Below, one piece after another: positions 8,395 to 17,547 of a stretch of 32,000 nt of DNA. The position numbers were made by a program, and so were the translations under genes. The notes beneath the pieces are model-generated. The model searched no databases and was not told the DNA's origin. It was given only the letters and a program-made list of their open reading frames with translations. The first letter of the stretch is position 1. Every line of letters starts with the position of its first letter. The stretch comes from Candidatus Kuenenia stuttgartensis (GTDB lineage: Bacteria > Planctomycetota > Brocadiia > Brocadiales > Brocadiaceae): the NCBI RefSeq assembly GCF_900232105.1, contig NZ_LT934425.1, positions 4,320,001 to 4,352,000 of the forward strand, read 5' to 3'.

Positions 8395-8793
8395 TAGTCA
8401 AAAGCATTTATTTTTAGAAAAACCTGTTTTTTTCTTGCATTTGAATTGTTTCTAGAGTATTAAATTCTGCATGAATCCATTTCTCAGTGAAAAAACCCGA
8501 ATAGAATTTAAAAAAGCACATAAGAAAGAGCCTCATAGACGTCATGCCGACCGAATCAAAGCTATACTTCTTCTTGATTCAGGATGGAGTTATGAAGAAG
8601 TAGCAGAGGCGCTCTTGTTAGACGATCAAACAATCAGGAATTACGAAAAACTATACAAAGATAAAGGTTTTGACGGGCTTTTATCTGACAATTATGTTGG
8701 CTGTGTGCCAAAACTCACCTGCGAACAAGAAGAACAATTAAAAGATTATATCAGGAAAAACAACTATAGCGCGGCAAAAGAAATTGTTGAATA
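8395..8793 (+). pseudogene. IS630-family element, copy 1, 5' fragment (transposase residues 1-107 only)
   Basis: Terminus TAGTCAAAAGCATTTATTTTT follows a TA. ORF 8471-8794 matches the N-terminus of the copy at 28415 at all but 4 residues. Identity ends between 8793 and 8794. Confidence 0.8.
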
Positions 8794-8960
8794 AGTGCCT
8801 TAATTGTATACTGAAGATTTTCTTGCCTTTCGTGAACCATCTTTCACCCCCCTGCGTATAAATTAACCACAATCTCTTCTTCCTATGTTATATACCAATA
8901 TTTACCATCTCCCGAGACCTCTACCTCTTCAAGGGTGAACTTATCGCCTACGGCGGACTT

Positions 8961-9203
8961 TTAATCTTTTCTTATATACTCCATGGTATAATTATTACAA
9001 CCAGGACATCCAACTTTCGGCATATAATTCTCATAATATTCATTGTTAAATTTCGCCATTCCAATTCCAGCATCCACTATTGCTTCATTCACCAACAGTT
9101 CTTTGTTACATACTGAACAGCGGTATTTGTACTCTTCGGGGAGTGGGCCGAATGGTTCCTCCATCCCCTTCTGGTTTGATAACCTTCTCTTCTTTCGGCT
9201 CAT
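8961..9203 (-). CDS. Hypothetical small zinc-ribbon protein (CxxC...CxxC)
   Basis: 80-aa ORF with CSVCNKE...CPGCNN. It overlaps the last ~33 codons of the IS91 transposase ORF in another frame. No homolog recognised. Confidence 0.3.
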   Translation of the reverse strand: MSRKKRRLSNQKGMEEPFGPLPEEYKYRCSVCNKELLVNEAIVDAGIGMAKFNNEYYENYMPKVGCPGCNNYTMEYIRKD

Positions 9204-9990
9204 ACTTACCTCGCATTATCTCTTCTATTTCATTATAGATTATTCCGTATTTCGGATGCCATATCACATTAAGTTCCATCTCTCTTCCGCAATGCTCACA
9301 AACAAACGGGTCTTGACCCGTACTTGCACGATATCTCTCCTGATAACTTTTTCGCCCGATTATCTTTACCGCGCCTACTACCTCTCTACCTATCCGTTTC
9401 AATGCTTCCCGAACTATTACTTTGATCTGCTCATATATCTTCGCCGCCTGCACTCCATAATATCGTATCCTTTTAAAACCCTTCGGCAATACATGCTGGA
9501 TCATTCTACCTATAAACCGGTACACACTTACACGCTCCTTTTTCACTCTCTGCATCTCGTGAGACCTATAATGATACGTAACCCTTCTTCCATCATACTC
9601 ATCTATGCGTCTCAATGATATGGGCGGACTTACTACATATTTCGCTACATATCTCGCTAAACTCTCATATCTCTCTGGTACCTCTCCTTTTTGGACATTC
9701 GCTACAAATCCTTCGGGATAACACCTGTAACACGCATCCACTATCTTCTCGATTTCTTCCGTATCCAGCTCTTTTCTCATCATCTCCAATAAATACCATT
9801 GCCACTTCTTATGCAGCATCTTATACGGTAAATAACTTAAATGCTCCCACCTCTGCCTTTCCTCATCAAGTCCGCCGCTACTTGCTATTATATGCAGATG
9901 GGGATTATACTGACCACTTCTACCGTGGGTCTGCAACACTACTATATACCCTCCCTTGAGTGGCCTTTTGCTCACTTTAGGCACTGTCCA
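9106..9990 (-). pseudogene. IS91-family transposase, C-terminal catalytic part
   Basis: VVLQTHGRSGQYNPHLHIIASSGGL, YVAKYVVSPPISLRRI and FKRIRYYG are IS91/Y2 transposase motifs. Residues of the track ORF upstream of W (codon 9990-9988) come from the ISAzo13 end. Confidence 0.8.
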
Positions 9991-11880
9991 AAAATAATTT
10001 GGTATTTTTATTAATTTAGTTAAGTGAAATTGTATAATTCCAATCTGGCAAGACACTGTGTTTGTTTATGTTTATTTCTTTCATTTGGTCATCAGTGATT
10101 TTGATTCCTTTTTGGTATTCTTTCTCGTTAAGAATGGTTTGTACGAGAAGACCCGCTGTTGTTGTAGTGCCAGCAATTAAACTTAGCATAACATCATAAG
10201 ACCTCAAAGGATTCCCCTCCCAATTTTTACTGATAAAACTAAACAGACGATGTTCTACCGGATTCCATTTTGATGCTCCTGAGGGATAGTGGCAAATCCT
10301 GATGGAGAGTCCGTAAACTTTACAAATATTTTGATAAAGCGCATATTTCCACAACCGGGGACGAAATCCGTTGCTCCCTCCTGCGTCACAAAGAATAAGG
10401 AGTTCTTTTGCGCATGGATACCTCTTCCAACCAAATTCATCCAGCCAAATCTTAATTGACTCGACTGCAAATTCCGGTGTGTCATAGGACGTACCAACAA
10501 TAACTGTCCCTAAATTAGTCAGCAATTCATAGATACCAAACGGACATCCAACACCAATTGCCTGAGAACGAAAATCATGGGCCAAAACTTCATTTACTAT
10601 TTTTGTCCACGCCTTGCCCTCATTTCTGAAATTACCTATCAATTCCTTTTTCTTACTGTCAACACTGATTATTGGCTGACCAGAATCTTCAAAATACTTT
10701 TTTGTCTCATTAATAATTTCAAACTGTCTATTACGGTCCGGATGACGTGTCTCTGCTATCGTTTTGCGATTTACTCTCAGAGAATAATCCATGTCCTTAA
10801 GAAGCTTACTAACTGTTGTTGCACATACGCTTACACCTCTATCACCGCATTCTTTTTTTAGAGTACGTGTGCTTCTTCTCGTCCATATTTTTCCTTTACC
10901 CATTGGGTCTCCTGCAGTATCGCCCTCCATCAATTCTTCAAGAAGTTTTACCACATCAGTTTTTTTTTAATCGAAGAACGACCTGAACCAACCTTACGTA
11001 TCCGTCCCGGTGTAATGTTCTTACTCGAAAGTTCCCGACGCCCCTTGGCAATTGTTTTTACATTTATGCCGGTTAGCTGTGAAAGTCTTAAATCGCCGCC
11101 ATGTCCCAGTTTCATTGATTCTAAACCAAGATAAAGCCGTTTCTGCCTTTCATCAAGTATGGAAAGAAATGTCTGCAGGCAATCCGTAACCACTTCACTC
11201 CCAAAGCCGGGAATTAATACCTTTTCTTCCTTACAAGCACACAACATGATTGACTGTTTACGTCTGGCGAGTTGATCCGTACCTAACACCTTGGAGATAT
11301 ACAAATATTCTCCGGCAATCTGCTCGCGCAAGACCCTTCCAGATACCACTAATTGAGTCAGTGCATTAAAGACTCGCACATGTACCAGCGTTTGAAGCTC
11401 CGAGGCAAAATAACCTTCCTGGGATTTATTAATGATGGCCTCGAGAGTATCTACAAGACTTCCTTGTTGAGAAAAATATATTTGATTGAAACTCCAAATG
11501 CCATATTTATTATAGCTTGCAAGTTCATCCAGTGTATGATATTTGCCCGCATGGGAATAACTCGCACGATGTCCGAGCGATTTTAGCTTCCTGAAAACCG
11601 TTGCTTTTGAAGTCGTTCCCAAAGCTTCTCTGATACTGTCCAGAGTTAAAACGACATCCCTGCTGAATAGTCCCAAGAGCTTGCGATGAGAATACTTAGC
11701 TAAACGCATAATGACACCATTAGGATTAATACGCCGGATAAAATACCACTTAATCCTAATGTTATCATTATGGCTGGAGGGTGTCAATGCCTATATTTAC
11801 TAGTTGTAACGGCTATTACCGTGACATACACAAAGACACTGCAACGATACTATTGGTACTATACAATACCATGTTATTTG
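9991..11880 (-). mobile_element. ISAzo13-family insertion sequence, copy 1
   Basis: Imperfect terminal IRs AAATAATTTGGTATTTTTATTA (~9992-10013) and the reverse complement of TACTATACAATACCATGTTATTT (11857-11879). It encloses the two transposase ORFs. Boundaries are approximate. Confidence 0.6.
10016..11787 (-). CDS. ISAzo13-family transposase encoded as two ORFs (10948-11787 and 10016-10954) that need a -1 shift at an A9 run
   Basis: The upstream ORF ends ...RIRKVGSGRSSIKKKLMW*. The downstream frame reads TDVVKLLEELMEGDTAGDPMGKGKIWTRRSTRTL.... Together they are colinear with ISAzo13 (Rhodopirellula-type DDE) transposases. The DDE region motifs are ISVDSKKKE, LILCDAGGSNG and KWNPVEHRLF. A run of 9 A on the coding strand lies at 10960-10968. 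The likely true start is MRLAKYS (~11709). Confidence 0.8.
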
Positions 11881-11897
11881 TAGTCGCTCCCTTACTA

Positions 11898-14419
11898 TAG
11901 TCGAATAAATCTGTTTTTCGAAAAACATTCTGGGTAGGGGCGAAGCATTTGCCTGCATATAAGCTAATCTTTACCCACAAATTTCAAGAGCACCGTAGTT
12001 GTACGGCCAATTGAGCTGAAGGCTAAGTGGTGTAAAGTTCGTAAGCAACTTCAATATCAGCCAAACGTGACATGCCTCGCCAAAGTACTTCACTTCCGGG
12101 ATGGCCATCACCACGGCGACCCAGATGACCGCCAAGTTTACCTAAAAGCCGCACGGCATCATTGAGGCTTGGAGGTAAATCAGGAGGCTCCTTGACCTTG
12201 TTCGCAAAAGTTGTCAATGCTTTCCATTCAGAATCGCTGAAGTAGACAGTACAAGGGACATCAGGTGTTTCTTGTCCTAAAGTAGTCAGGTAATGGATAC
12301 GCCAAGCTATAATCATATCAATGGCCAAAGCGTTGCATAGACGACGAGCACTCTCCAACTGCCGGGCCTCGACACGACAACCGCTCTTGATAATACGATG
12401 ATAACACTCAATACCCCATCGGCGAGCATACCATTCCAAACGTTCGTAAGCATCTTTTTCTTGCTTAACCGCAACTGTGGTTAACAGCATCCATTCTAAC
12501 CCATCAATTCCGATAGGCGGATTGACTTCCTGCGCCAGCACCGCCCACACCCTGACCGCAGGCATATTCTTTTTTAGCATAGGTGGGCGTAGCGTAACAG
12601 GCATCGCCGGTTGCTGTTCCAGTTTAGTCCACAAAAACTCGCATGATTCTTTATCATCAACAACCTTTCTATTGCGCGAACGTTCTGCACGGATCAGCAA
12701 CTGAGCGCCATCAGGCGTATTATACTGCTCAGCGAATACCTCGTGAATATCGGCCTCACGATCTGCCACAACCACCAGCAAAGATTTGTTTCGACAGCGT
12801 TTCTGTACTTGCGATACTGCATGGTAACTCTCCACCCATTTCCAGCTTTCCTTCTCTTCGATAGGCTTCTTGTGTCGTTCATGTTTGCTGCCTATTCCGT
12901 CCCGCGCCCAGCATTGCACATTCAGAAGTCCCAAGGGTGTACCACTTTCAGTAAACGCCATCGTATCATGCACCATCAGTCCACGAACTTTTTCACTCTT
13001 AGTACCTATCGGCCCTAACCCCTGCGTATTCGGATGTGTGCTATAATTCAGAGTCGTAGTATCTTGCGCTACCAAAACCAAACTATTCTCCTTCACACGC
13101 TCTTCCGTGGCCTCATAATGAGCTTGCAATATCGCCTTCCAATCTACATTCTCATTGTCAAGGAATCGGTATGCAGCCTTAGTCGCACTGACTGAACCGC
13201 ACGCCTGCGGAATGTTTGCCAAAGGTTTGTCATAAAACATACCTGTCATTTCTAAAAGTCTTGAGGTCAATCGTGCATCGCCCAATTTTGTTCCTCCAAG
13301 TTCCGCTTCTATCCAATCCCGAGGCTCTTTTTGTGCCACTCTTTGGCGAACATGTACTTTGCCATCGGCACAACAACACAACACCGCCTGCCATTTCTTT
13401 TGCAACGGCATAACATAAACGTCTTTGACCGTTGCACCTGTTCCTTTTCGTCCTCGACCTTCCGTGCCTCCTACATACTTCCAGTTAGCTGCCCGATAAC
13501 AGCTTCCGGAAAACCGTCCTCGTTCCACATAGGTTTCTAAAAGTACAGGACGATATTTATACACTCTTTCCCAATCATCTACCAAACGTGTTTGGCATTT
13601 TGCCAATACATGCGATGCCAAACATTTTACTCTTACCGTAGGCGCTATTAAATACCGACTGTTATTGATAACAAACGTATGATTCCGCTTACGTGCTTCC
13701 TCCGTCCATCCTATCCACTCGTCGCGACTTTCCACCCGTCTGGCACAGGCACTATAACTTAGCCCTCCTATCCATCCGTAATATTCACTGCGTACAAGAT
13801 ACCGAAGTTGCGCCCCGCATAGGGGCCCACTTCCAAGATAATGATGCGCTTCTAACATGCTACGCCAAAGTTTCGAATGGAATCTCGTTGTAACCCGTAT
13901 AATCTCTACGTCACCCAACTCCGCTAGCTCGCATGACACTTCCGCAATCGGAGGCGCCTCCGCAGGTTTATTGACTTTTTGAAATGCATAATGCTTGTTC
14001 ACCTTTGGAAGATTGATCTCTTTACGACGATCCAATTCCAATAACGCCTTGCGACAACTCATCTCTTGCAAACGGCCCGCTTGATTCCTCCAGTCCATCC
14101 ATTCGCATACCAGACGCGACAGTTTACGACGCGATAGACAGGGTTCCTTTTGGATAGTTTCTGATAAACGCTTTATTACATCATCTGAAAATATTCGACC
14201 TCCTACTCTAAGCATGTACACAGTGTAACATACGGTTAACACGGTGTCCAGCAAAAAATATGGGTCATCCCCAGCATATAAGAGAGAGACGTAAAATGCT
14301 GTACATACGCCAACCCCGCTATGTTGAAGGAGTTATACTGTACGCAGGCAAATGCTTCGCCCCCATTTTTCAAAAAGCCAAATTACCGCTAAGTTTATAA
14401 AACCAGATTTGTTTGACTA
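11898..14419 (-). mobile_element. Tn5/IS50-like IS4 element carrying a DUF4338-like N-terminal domain, bracketed by IS630-type termini
   Basis: Inner IRs GGGGCGAAGCATTTGCCTGC (11937-11956) and its complement (14344-14364). Outer inverted termini TAGTCGAATAAATCTG (11898-) and TAGTCAAACAAATCTGG (reverse complement, ending 14419) are each preceded by TA. Confidence 0.65.
12023..14254 (-). CDS. Fusion protein: DUF4338 (DruA-like) N-terminal domain plus Tn5-like IS4 transposase
   Basis: 743 aa, with the likely start MLRVGG at 14215. N-terminal motifs are HHYLGSGPLCGAQLRYLV, WIGW, INNSRYLIAP, LLETYVE and CYRAANWKYVG. The C-terminal part has WIEAELGGTKLGDARLTSRL...TKAAYRFLDN...VAQDTTTLNY...ADREADI...YARRWGIECYHRIIKSGC...PGSEVLWRG, as in Tn5/IS50. 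Confidence 0.8.
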   Translation of the reverse strand: MLDTVLTVCYTVYMLRVGGRIFSDDVIKRLSETIQKEPCLSRRKLSRLVCEWMDWRNQAGRLQEMSCRKALLELDRRKEINLPKVNKHYAFQKVNKPAEAPPIAEVSCELAELGDVEIIRVTTRFHSKLWRSMLEAHHYLGSGPLCGAQLRYLVRSEYYGWIGGLSYSACARRVESRDEWIGWTEEARKRNHTFVINNSRYLIAPTVRVKCLASHVLAKCQTRLVDDWERVYKYRPVLLETYVERGRFSGSCYRAANWKYVGGTEGRGRKGTGATVKDVYVMPLQKKWQAVLCCCADGKVHVRQRVAQKEPRDWIEAELGGTKLGDARLTSRLLEMTGMFYDKPLANIPQACGSVSATKAAYRFLDNENVDWKAILQAHYEATEERVKENSLVLVAQDTTTLNYSTHPNTQGLGPIGTKSEKVRGLMVHDTMAFTESGTPLGLLNVQCWARDGIGSKHERHKKPIEEKESWKWVESYHAVSQVQKRCRNKSLLVVVADREADIHEVFAEQYNTPDGAQLLIRAERSRNRKVVDDKESCEFLWTKLEQQPAMPVTLRPPMLKKNMPAVRVWAVLAQEVNPPIGIDGLEWMLLTTVAVKQEKDAYERLEWYARRWGIECYHRIIKSGCRVEARQLESARRLCNALAIDMIIAWRIHYLTTLGQETPDVPCTVYFSDSEWKALTTFANKVKEPPDLPPSLNDAVRLLGKLGGHLGRRGDGHPGSEVLWRGMSRLADIEVAYELYTT

Positions 14420-14423
14420 TATA

Positions 14424-14840
14424 AAAATCATCCAGACATCTCTCCCCGCATGCCATGAATGCTCCTAACAATTTCTCTGAATTGTTATAAAATATTCTTC
14501 GCAACACCGACGGTACCGTTAATACTATATGCCGGTAGATTACTCCCTCATGTAACATCTTGCTTATTTGACTTATCCAATTATCTACATACACTTTACT
14601 ACACCTTAAACAAAAACTGCTCTTACAACTCATCGGCACTACTCGTTTACCGCGTCCACAACTAAAACACAAATATTCCGTCAATCCCATCTTCTCTGGA
14701 TCACCACAATTAAGCATCTTCTCCACTACTTCATCATAATAGGTGGTATCATACCTGGGAAACAACTTCTTAAAATTATCCCAATGATCAAAAAATATCT
14801 GCTTGAATATATTCCACCCTTGCCTCTGAATTATTTCCAT
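14424..14840 (-). pseudogene. IS91-family transposase, N-terminal zinc-binding part
   Basis: MEIIQRQGW...CFSCGRGKRVVPMSCKSSFCLRCSKVY is the IS91 N-terminal zinc-finger pattern. Homology ends at ...CLDDF (codon 14426-14424), where the IS630-type terminus begins. Confidence 0.8.
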
Positions 14841-15054
14841 AATCTGATTAGTATAACAACTGTCATATCTATCTACAATATAATATTTTACAACAATACA
14901 TCCCCGCAAACCCGCATAATTAAAATGAAAATTCCTATACTATCAAGTTATTCGTTTAATTCGGTGCTGGTCCAAATCCTGCGGATTTCAATGCGGCCAT
15001 GGCCTTTTTCAATTGTTTCGTGCTGAGGGGGGGAAAAGAACTGAGATTCAGTTC

Positions 15055-16338
15055 CTAGATGGCTTGTTTTATGGTTTTTTGATTATCTTTCACCGTGAAT
15101 ATATATTCTGCCTTTTTGTCTTCTACCAGATAACGGGCGGTTTCCTTTTGCGCATGTAAGGCATCGAAAGTAACGACACGGTCTTTTATGTCTAAATCAT
15201 CAAACAATACCGGAACCATCGGTATTTCGTTTGTTTTGCAGTCTACCTGAGTTTGTGCGAGAACTATACCCTGTTTATGAAGAAAAGCGGCAAGCAAATG
15301 TACCTGTTTGCCGTCAGGCTGTCTTGCACCGCAAAGGGTTTTCCCGTCAACCGCAATGGGCAGGCTTTTATCACCTACAGATTGAAACCAACGCGAGAGG
15401 ACTTTATCAACTGCTTCTGCATCCACCTGCTGTAAGAAACGCCTGATGGTAGGTTCACTCGGTGGTTCGTATCGTTTCGTTTTTGTATTATAACGGCAGG
15501 AGAGACGTTTTAGCATATTTTGCGGACAACGCTTTGCCCACTCTGCAATGGCGGCAAAGCTCCAGGCATTGCAGATGATAGCACAGATAGAAATTGCCAG
15601 GATAGAACGTTTCCTGTGGCGAACGCCTCTGGGCATGCGATGTTCAGGGATTTGCTGCAATAATTCGTCAAGAAATTCCGCATCTTTTAAAGATAATTTC
15701 ATAGGCTTTGTCTCCTTTCTTAATTGTATGGTAAGATTAAGGTTGTTAAGTTGTTTTTGGACTTGTGCATTCAATGAGCGAACAAAGACCATCTTTGGCT
15801 TATTGTGCAGAAGATAGCCTTGTGATGATCTGGCAAAACCGGTTGAATGTCCTAAAAAAATCCATCCTGCGGCCTTATAGCAGACGCCTTTAAAAAAACG
15901 AGGATCGACAAAGGTCTCCACAAGCCAGATTGGATGCCCATAGACCTTAGTCCAGTCTTGTGATAAGCGCTTAAGGTTAAGAGAAAGAATACGGGAGGCA
16001 AGGTTTGGTACGTGTATCTGAGGAAGGATCAGGAAACGTGAGTTGTTTGCTATGAGTTTCAGTCGTTGCGATTTTAAAAATGGCGGCCATCCAATCCACT
16101 TATCGCGAACGGTACATTTTAATGCTGCGGCAGCCCAGCCGATCAAGGCAAGCCATTGTCCCTGTGATTCCGCTACGTAGCGAATTGATTCTCCTACGAG
16201 AGAATGAAATCCAAGGTAATGATGCTGGCGCATCAGTGTGTCCCAATTTGCCTGGTCGTTTTGTGAAACAGGACGAACGGTAATTGAATGAAGTAGTTCG
16301 TTGTGTGTGTTATCGATTGGTGTTGTATGCTGGTTCAT
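15055..16338 (-). pseudogene. Fusion protein: DUF4338 (DruA-like) domain plus ISAs1-family transposase, C-terminally truncated
   Basis: 427 aa. N-terminal motifs are HHYLGFHSLVGESIRYVA, WIGW, ANNSRFLILP, LVETFVD and CYKAAGW. These are followed by ISAs1-type IPEHRMPRGVRHRKRSILAISICAIICNAWSFAAIAEWAK...IAVDGKTLCGAR...TNEIPMVPVLFDDLDIKDRVVTFDALHAQ. Confidence 0.75.
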
Positions 16339-16432
16339 GCCCTATAATATAAAATATTTTAGGGGGAATGTCCACGTTTTTTTACATATCTTTGTATATT
16401 ATGTGCTTATGGAAAACTTTGACAGCGCCGTG
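15055..16432 (-). mobile_element. ISAs1-family element with DUF4338-like domain, copy 1 (3'-truncated)
   Basis: The 5' terminus CACGGCGCTGTCAAAG... (reverse complement, ending 16432) is shared with copy 2 at 22881. The transposase ORF stops after VKDNQKTIKQAI, so the distal DDE region is missing and no second terminus is seen. Confidence 0.7.
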
Positions 16433-17285
16433 GTCATTTATCCGAGGAGCTTTATAAAAAAGGATATGGAGTTTCTTACGAAACAATTCGAGTCATTCTT
16501 AAACAACTTGGGTATAGTCTTCAAGGTAATGATAAATCTTTGGAAGATTCTCATCCTGATCGTGATGCACAATTCAAGTATATCACCATGCAGGTAAAAA
16601 AGTTTTTAAAAGACAATCTTCCTGTTATTTCTGTTGACACTAAAAAGAAGGAATTGCTGGGAAACTATGCAAACAAAGGGCAAGAATGGCGGAAAAAAGG
16701 TTCTCCCCGAAAAGTTAATGGTCGAGATTTCCCTGATCCCAAAGGAAAAGAAATAGGCATCCCCTATGGCATCTATGATCAGGGTAAAATTTAGGAGTGG
16801 TCAATGTCGGATGCGATCATGATACCTCAGATTTTGCAGTACAAAGCATTCATAGGTGGTGGACTTATATGGGAAGAAAGATTTATCCTGATGCAAAAAA
16901 GCTGTTGATATGTGCAGATAGTGGTGGCAGTAACGGCTATAGAGTTCGCCTATGGAAAATCAAACTACAAGAATTTGCAAATAAATCAGGCATGGAAATT
17001 ACAGTATGCCATTTTCCTAAAGGAACAATTAAATGGAACAAAATGGAACATAGACTTTTTTCTCATATTAGCATGAATTGGAAAGGTCATCCGCTGACCA
17101 GCCATGATGTTATGGTTAATTTAATTGGCGCAACAAAAACAAAAACCGGATTGAAGGTTGGAGTTAAAATTGACAAAAGGAAATATCCAACAGGGATAAA
17201 GGTTTCCGATCAGGAAATGGAAAAGATTAATATTGGAAAGCATAATTTCCATGGAGATTGGAATTATACAATTTCAAAAAATTGA
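16433..17285 (+). pseudogene. ISAzo13-family transposase, copy 2, N-terminally truncated with an internal stop
   Basis: The frame reads GHLSEELYKKGYGVSYETIRVILKQLGYSLQGNDKSLEDSHPDRDAQFKYI...ISVDTKKKE...(TAG at 16795-16797)...LICADSGGSNG...KWNKMEHRLF...GDWNYTI, colinear with residues ~30-312 of ORF 10016-10954. It begins exactly at the ISAs1 terminus. Confidence 0.8.
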
Positions 17286-17470
17286 GTCATTCACACCTTG
17301 TTATCCCATGCCATAGTTGTAAAAGTTATTATCTGACAACCCCTAATTGTACATTGTAGCACAAGCATCCTGCTTGTGGCATTTTACCCTCAAACTGGAT
17401 ACTTGTGTTACTATTCTTTCTCTCCCCCTTCCTGTTAATGATATTTTTACAAAAAATCGGGAATGCTCCC

Positions 17471-17503
17471 GTACGAAGGTACGAAGTTACGAAGGTACGA
17501 AAG
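17471..17503. repeat. Tandem octamer repeat (GTACGAAG x4, imperfect)
   Basis: GTACGAAG GTACGAAG TTACGAAG GTACGAAAG read directly from the sequence. Confidence 0.8.
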
Positions 17504-17547
17504 ATGCACTTGTTTAGAATTTCAAATCATTTTATCATTAGAATTTG

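Larger units (their letters stand above)
8794..15054 (-). mobile_element. IS91-family (rolling-circle, Y2 transposase) element interrupted by a 4.4-kb double IS insertion
   Basis: The N-terminal (14424-14840) and C-terminal (9106-9990) halves of one IS91-type transposase are separated by the ISAzo13 and Tn5-like elements. The outer limits are inferred only from where neighbouring IS homology breaks (8793/8794 and ~15054). The implied size without inserts is about 1.8 kb. Confidence 0.55.

Noticed and set aside
8174-8407. 77-aa ORF 8174-8407, with the related ORFs 16301-16597 and 22851-23075 sharing FVYYVLM(K/E)NFDS
   Set aside because: The shared peptide is a translation of the ISAs1-type terminal sequence (…CTGTCAAAGTTTTCCATAAGC…). 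The ORFs run across IS boundaries into unrelated DNA.
9043-9959. Plus-strand ORFs 9043-9618 and 9615-9959
   Set aside because: They are antisense to the IS91 transposase C-terminal region, whose catalytic motifs are clear. Their composition is low-complexity.
14370-14423. The C-terminal tail of ORF 14370-14909 (YIVKQIWFYKLSGNLAF) and the N-terminal 22 residues of ORF 9106-10056 as real protein sequence
   Set aside because: Both are read-through into the termini of the inserted elements (the IS630-type end and the ISAzo13 end). IS91 homology stops at the junctions.
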